From: Parcubacteria group bacterium
GTDB lineage: Bacteria; Patescibacteriota; Minisyncoccia; Phycocordibacterales; Phycocordibacteraceae
Length of the DNA stretch: 64,000 nucleotides
Reading direction: 5' to 3'
NCBI GenBank assembly: GCA_028286605.1
Contig: JAQBRE010000007.1
Coordinates: forward strand, 44,537 to 108,536
Made by a program: the position numbers and the translations under genes
Notes under the pieces: model-generated
What the model saw: only the letters and a program-made list of their open reading frames with translations
Databases searched by the model: none
What the model was told of the DNA's origin: nothing
Part shown: positions 60,843-64,000 of the stretch, piece by piece
How positions within the stretch are numbered: the first letter of the stretch is position 1
Layout of the letters: the number at the start of each line of letters is the position of its first letter

Positions 60843-63800
60843 ATGCCGAAGGCAAAAACGCTCGTGCAGAAGACGTTCGGGGCATACCGCGCACCTCGCG
60901 TGGATTTCCCAGATTTGGTAGGACACCAGCGCGAATCTTTCAACTGGTTCCTCCGCGACGGACTCAAGGAGCTCTTCAACGAGTTCTCTCCGATTGGCGA
61001 CTATTCCAGCAAGAAGTTCGAGCTTCGTTTTGACGGGTTCGAAATCGGCGAGCCGAAGGGAGATGAGGAATCAGCGCGTGAGAACATGCGCACGTACGAG
61101 GCGCCTCTGAAGGCGACCGTCACGCTCCTCAACAAGACATTCGGTTCAGAAAAGACGCAGGACATCTTCCTCGCGGATATTCCTATGATGACCCCTCATG
61201 GGTCTTTTATCGTATCCGGCGTTGAGCGCGCTATCGTGCCGCAGCTCGCACGTTCGTTCGGCGCATTCTTCGCTTCAGAGGAAACGAAGGGCAAGACGTA
61301 CTTCGGCGCGAAGATCCTTCCTGCGCGTGGCGTATGGATCGAGATCGAAACCGATGTAGACGGTGCGATCTTCGTTAAGATCGACCGCAAGCGCCGCTTC
61401 CCTATGAGCAACCTCCTCACCATCTTCGGTGCAGGAACGAAGGAAGACGTTATGGGACTCTTCGCGAAGGATCCAATCGCGCTCGCAGCTATGAACGCGA
61501 CTATCGCGCACGACACGGCTAAGACCGTTGACGACGCATACGTTGAGATTCACCGCCGCATGCGCGACGGCGACCTCGCGACGCCAGATAACGCGAAGCA
61601 GTACGTGAACACCCTGTTCGCTCCTGAGCGCTACGACCTTTCTAAGGTCGGACGTCATCGCCTTAACGCGCGCTTCGGCCTCCCTACGGACAAGAAGTCC
61701 CTTGAGCAGCGCGCGCTTACGCTCGACGACCTCACTCGCATCACCGCAGAGATTGCACGCCTTAACGTAACGCCAGACGCGCAGCCGGATGATATCGATC
61801 ACCTCGGATTCCGCCGTGTCCGTTTCGTGGGTGAGCTTCTTCAGGCCCGCATGCGCGTGGGTATGAGCCGCATGAAGCGCAACATCCAGGACCGCATGAG
61901 CACCATCGAGTCGGAGACGACGCTTCCGATGGCATTCGTGAATCCTCGTCCGCTTCAGGCTTCGGTCCGTGAATTCTTCACGGCCAACCAGCTTTCGCAG
62001 TTCATGGACCAGCAGAACATTCTTGCTGAGCTCGAGAACATGCGTACGCTTTCCGCGCTCGGTCCGGGCGGCCTCACTCGTGAGCGCGCCGGCTTCGAAG
62101 TTCGCGACGTGCACCCTTCGCACTACGGACGCCTCTGCCCGATTCACACGCCGGAAGGTCAGAACATCGGACTCATCCTTCGCCTCGCGCTTCATGCGCG
62201 TACGAACGAGTTCGGCGTTATCGAGACTCCGTACGTAAAGGTTAAGAACGGCATGGTCTCTGAAGACGTCGTATACCTCAACGCGCTCGAAGAAGAAACC
62301 GTAACCATCGCTCATGCCGCTACTCCGGTAGATGACAAGGGACGTATCGTTCCTGATTCCATCGAGGCACGTAAGAACGGCGAGCCGGCTATCGTTGAGC
62401 GCAACGAGATCGAGCTCATCGACGCTTCCACCTACCAGATGTTCAGCGCCGCAACGGCAATGATCCCGTTCGTGGACCACGACGATGCGAACCGCGCACT
62501 GATGGGTTCGAACATGCAGAAGCAGGCGACTCCGGTCCTCATCCCTGAGGCACCTATCGTCGCGACTGGCATCGAAGGACACGCAGCACGCAACACGGGA
62601 CGCCTCGTCCTCGCTGAAGAAGCGGGCGACGTTACCTTCGTTGATGCGCGCCACGTAACCATCACGAACAAGGAAGGAAAGAAGAAGGAGTACAAGCTCC
62701 AGGGCCTCACGCAGACGAACCAGAACTCGGCATTCAGCCAGCGCCCTTCCGTGATGATGGGCGACAAGGTGAAGAAGGGTGATGTGCTCGCAGATGCTTC
62801 AAGTTCGGACCAGGGCCAGATGGCTCTCGGCCAGAACGTACGCGTCGCCTTCATGAGCTGGAACGGCGCAAACTACGAAGACGCGATCATCGTGTCTGAG
62901 CGCCTCGTGCAGGACTCGAAATTTACTACCGTGCACATCGAAGAATTCGAAGCAGCCGTCCGCGACACCAAGCTTGGTCCGGAAGTCACCACGCACGACA
63001 TTCCTAACGTCGGCGAGATGCGCCTTAAGAACCTCGACGAGGAAGGCGTTATCCGCATCGGCGCGGAAGTACGTCCTGGCGACATTCTTGTAGGTAAGGT
63101 AACGCCAAAGGGCGAGACGCAGCTTACTCCTGAAGAGCGTCTCCTTCGTTCGATCTTCGGCGACAAGGCCAAGGACGTGAAGGACACCTCGCTCCGTATG
63201 GAAGGAGGCAAGCGTGGTCGTGTCATCGGCGTGAAGGTCTTCAGCCGCGAACGCGGCGACCAGCTCGAGAGCGGCATCATCAAGAAGATCGTCGTTACCG
63301 TCGCGCAGGTCCGTAACGTATCCGTGGGTGACAAGCTCGCAGGACGTCACGGCAACAAGGGAGTCATCTCGCGCGTGCTTCCGGTGGAAGACATGCCGTA
63401 TGACGAGAACGGAAATCCTGTCGATGTGATCCTCACACCGCTCGGCGTTCCTTCCCGTATGAACCTCGGACAGATCCTCGAGCTTCACCTCGGCCTCGCA
63501 GCCAACACGCTCGGCTATCAGGCAATCGTGCCGCCATTCGCCGGCGCCTCCGCTGAAGAGATTCGCGAAGAGCTCGTGAAGGCAGGCTTCGACAAGACCG
63601 GAAAGCTCCAGCTCTTCGACGGCCACTCAGGCGAAGCATTCGCACAGCCCGTATCAGTCGGCTACATGTACATCCTGAAACTCCACCACATGGTGGAAGA
63701 CAAGATCCACATGCGTTCGATCGGTCCGTACAGCCTCATCACCCAGCAGCCGCTCGGAGGAAAGGCGCAGAACGGCGGTCAGCGTTTCGGAGAAATGGAA

Positions 63801-64000
63801 GTGTGGGCGCTCCTCGGCTACGGTTCGGCATACACGCTTCGCGAGATGCTCACCATCAAGTCGGACGACATCACGGGCCGCTCCGCGACCTTCGATGCGA
63901 TCGTGAAGGGCGAACCCGTTTCGCACTCCGGAACACCGGCATCATTCGCCGTACTTACTAACCAGATCCGCGGCCTCGCGCTCGACATCGAGCCGATGGA
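60843..64000 (+). CDS. rpoB: DNA-directed RNA polymerase beta subunit (3' end beyond window)
   Basis: Manual translation from ATG 60843 gives MPKAKTLVQKTFGAYRAPRVDFPDLVGHQRESFNWFLRDGLKELF... Internal GPGGLTRERAGFEVRDVHPSHYGRLCPIHTPEGQNIGLI. The frame is open to nt 64000 (…LTNQIRGLALDIEPM). It is absent from the ORF track only because no stop occurs in the window. Confidence 0.95.
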   Translation, partial: MPKAKTLVQKTFGAYRAPRVDFPDLVGHQRESFNWFLRDGLKELFNEFSPIGDYSSKKFELRFDGFEIGEPKGDEESARENMRTYEAPLKATVTLLNKTFGSEKTQDIFLADIPMMTPHGSFIVSGVERAIVPQLARSFGAFFASEETKGKTYFGAKILPARGVWIEIETDVDGAIFVKIDRKRRFPMSNLLTIFGAGTKEDVMGLFAKDPIALAAMNATIAHDTAKTVDDAYVEIHRRMRDGDLATPDNAKQYVNTLFAPERYDLSKVGRHRLNARFGLPTDKKSLEQRALTLDDLTRITAEIARLNVTPDAQPDDIDHLGFRRVRFVGELLQARMRVGMSRMKRNIQDRMSTIESETTLPMAFVNPRPLQASVREFFTANQLSQFMDQQNILAELENMRTLSALGPGGLTRERAGFEVRDVHPSHYGRLCPIHTPEGQNIGLILRLALHARTNEFGVIETPYVKVKNGMVSEDVVYLNALEEETVTIAHAATPVDDKGRIVPDSIEARKNGEPAIVERNEIELIDASTYQMFSAATAMIPFVDHDDANRALMGSNMQKQATPVLIPEAPIVATGIEGHAARNTGRLVLAEEAGDVTFVDARHVTITNKEGKKKEYKLQGLTQTNQNSAFSQRPSVMMGDKVKKGDVLADASSSDQGQMALGQNVRVAFMSWNGANYEDAIIVSERLVQDSKFTTVHIEEFEAAVRDTKLGPEVTTHDIPNVGEMRLKNLDEEGVIRIGAEVRPGDILVGKVTPKGETQLTPEERLLRSIFGDKAKDVKDTSLRMEGGKRGRVIGVKVFSRERGDQLESGIIKKIVVTVAQVRNVSVGDKLAGRHGNKGVISRVLPVEDMPYDENGNPVDVILTPLGVPSRMNLGQILELHLGLAANTLGYQAIVPPFAGASAEEIREELVKAGFDKTGKLQLFDGHSGEAFAQPVSVGYMYILKLHHMVEDKIHMRSIGPYSLITQQPLGGKAQNGGQRFGEMEVWALLGYGSAYTLREMLTIKSDDITGRSATFDAIVKGEPVSHSGTPASFAVLTNQIRGLALDIEPM

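Noticed and set aside
61275-63626. Minus-strand ORFs of 459 aa and 275 aa at the end of the window
   Set aside because: They lie antisense to an unmistakable rpoB reading frame (60843 to the window end) that I translated manually. They are GC-driven artefacts.

Overview
The window looks like a high-GC (about 55-60%), streamlined bacterial chromosome segment with no rRNA, CRISPR array, integrase or transposase. Gene content suggests a CPR/Patescibacteria-like (possibly Saccharibacteria-like) organism. This is inference only, from split transketolase, class-I aldolase, truncated aaRS forms, a short SMC, a sortase plus a giant surface protein, and weak or absent Shine-Dalgarno sites. The first 14 kb is the 3' part of a single giant gene (open from nt 1, more than 4,700 aa) built from about 11 degenerate repeat modules. 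It ends in a phage-tail-spike-type (peptidase S74-like) autoproteolytic chaperone domain, an Ig-like domain and a Pro-rich tail. A signal-peptide glycine-rich protein follows it. Next comes a compact central-carbon cluster: gap, rpiB, rpe, tkt N and C subunits, a PfkB kinase and class I fba. It is interrupted by a low-GC repeat-protein gene that overlaps the tkt start. Downstream are a type IV pilin, rplY, a coiled-coil lytic transglycosylase and two envelope proteins. Then follow translation genes (rpmE, prfA, rpsB, tsf), tRNA-Thr(UGU), a processive GT2 with a thioredoxin-like partner, pheST, folB and gyrB. A sortase-centred surface-protein cluster (a CARDB-like domain protein, sortase, two secreted or membrane repeat proteins) comes next. 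The rest is thrS, dnaE, rnhB, rpmF, a NusB-NUDIX fusion, rnc, a short smc, rnr, rpsP-KH-trmD and the 5' part of rpoB, which runs off the window. Non-coding highlights are two covarying long-hairpin elements placed right after rpmE and rpsB, a roughly 500-nt hairpin-rich non-coding stretch ending in a terminator just before rpmF, an orphan tRNA-like T-arm/acceptor element, and an orphan terminator-containing hairpin pair upstream of a membrane-protein gene. Many long antisense ORFs in the ORF track are GC-driven artefacts. The + strand rpoB ORF is missing from the track only because it has no stop codon inside the window.
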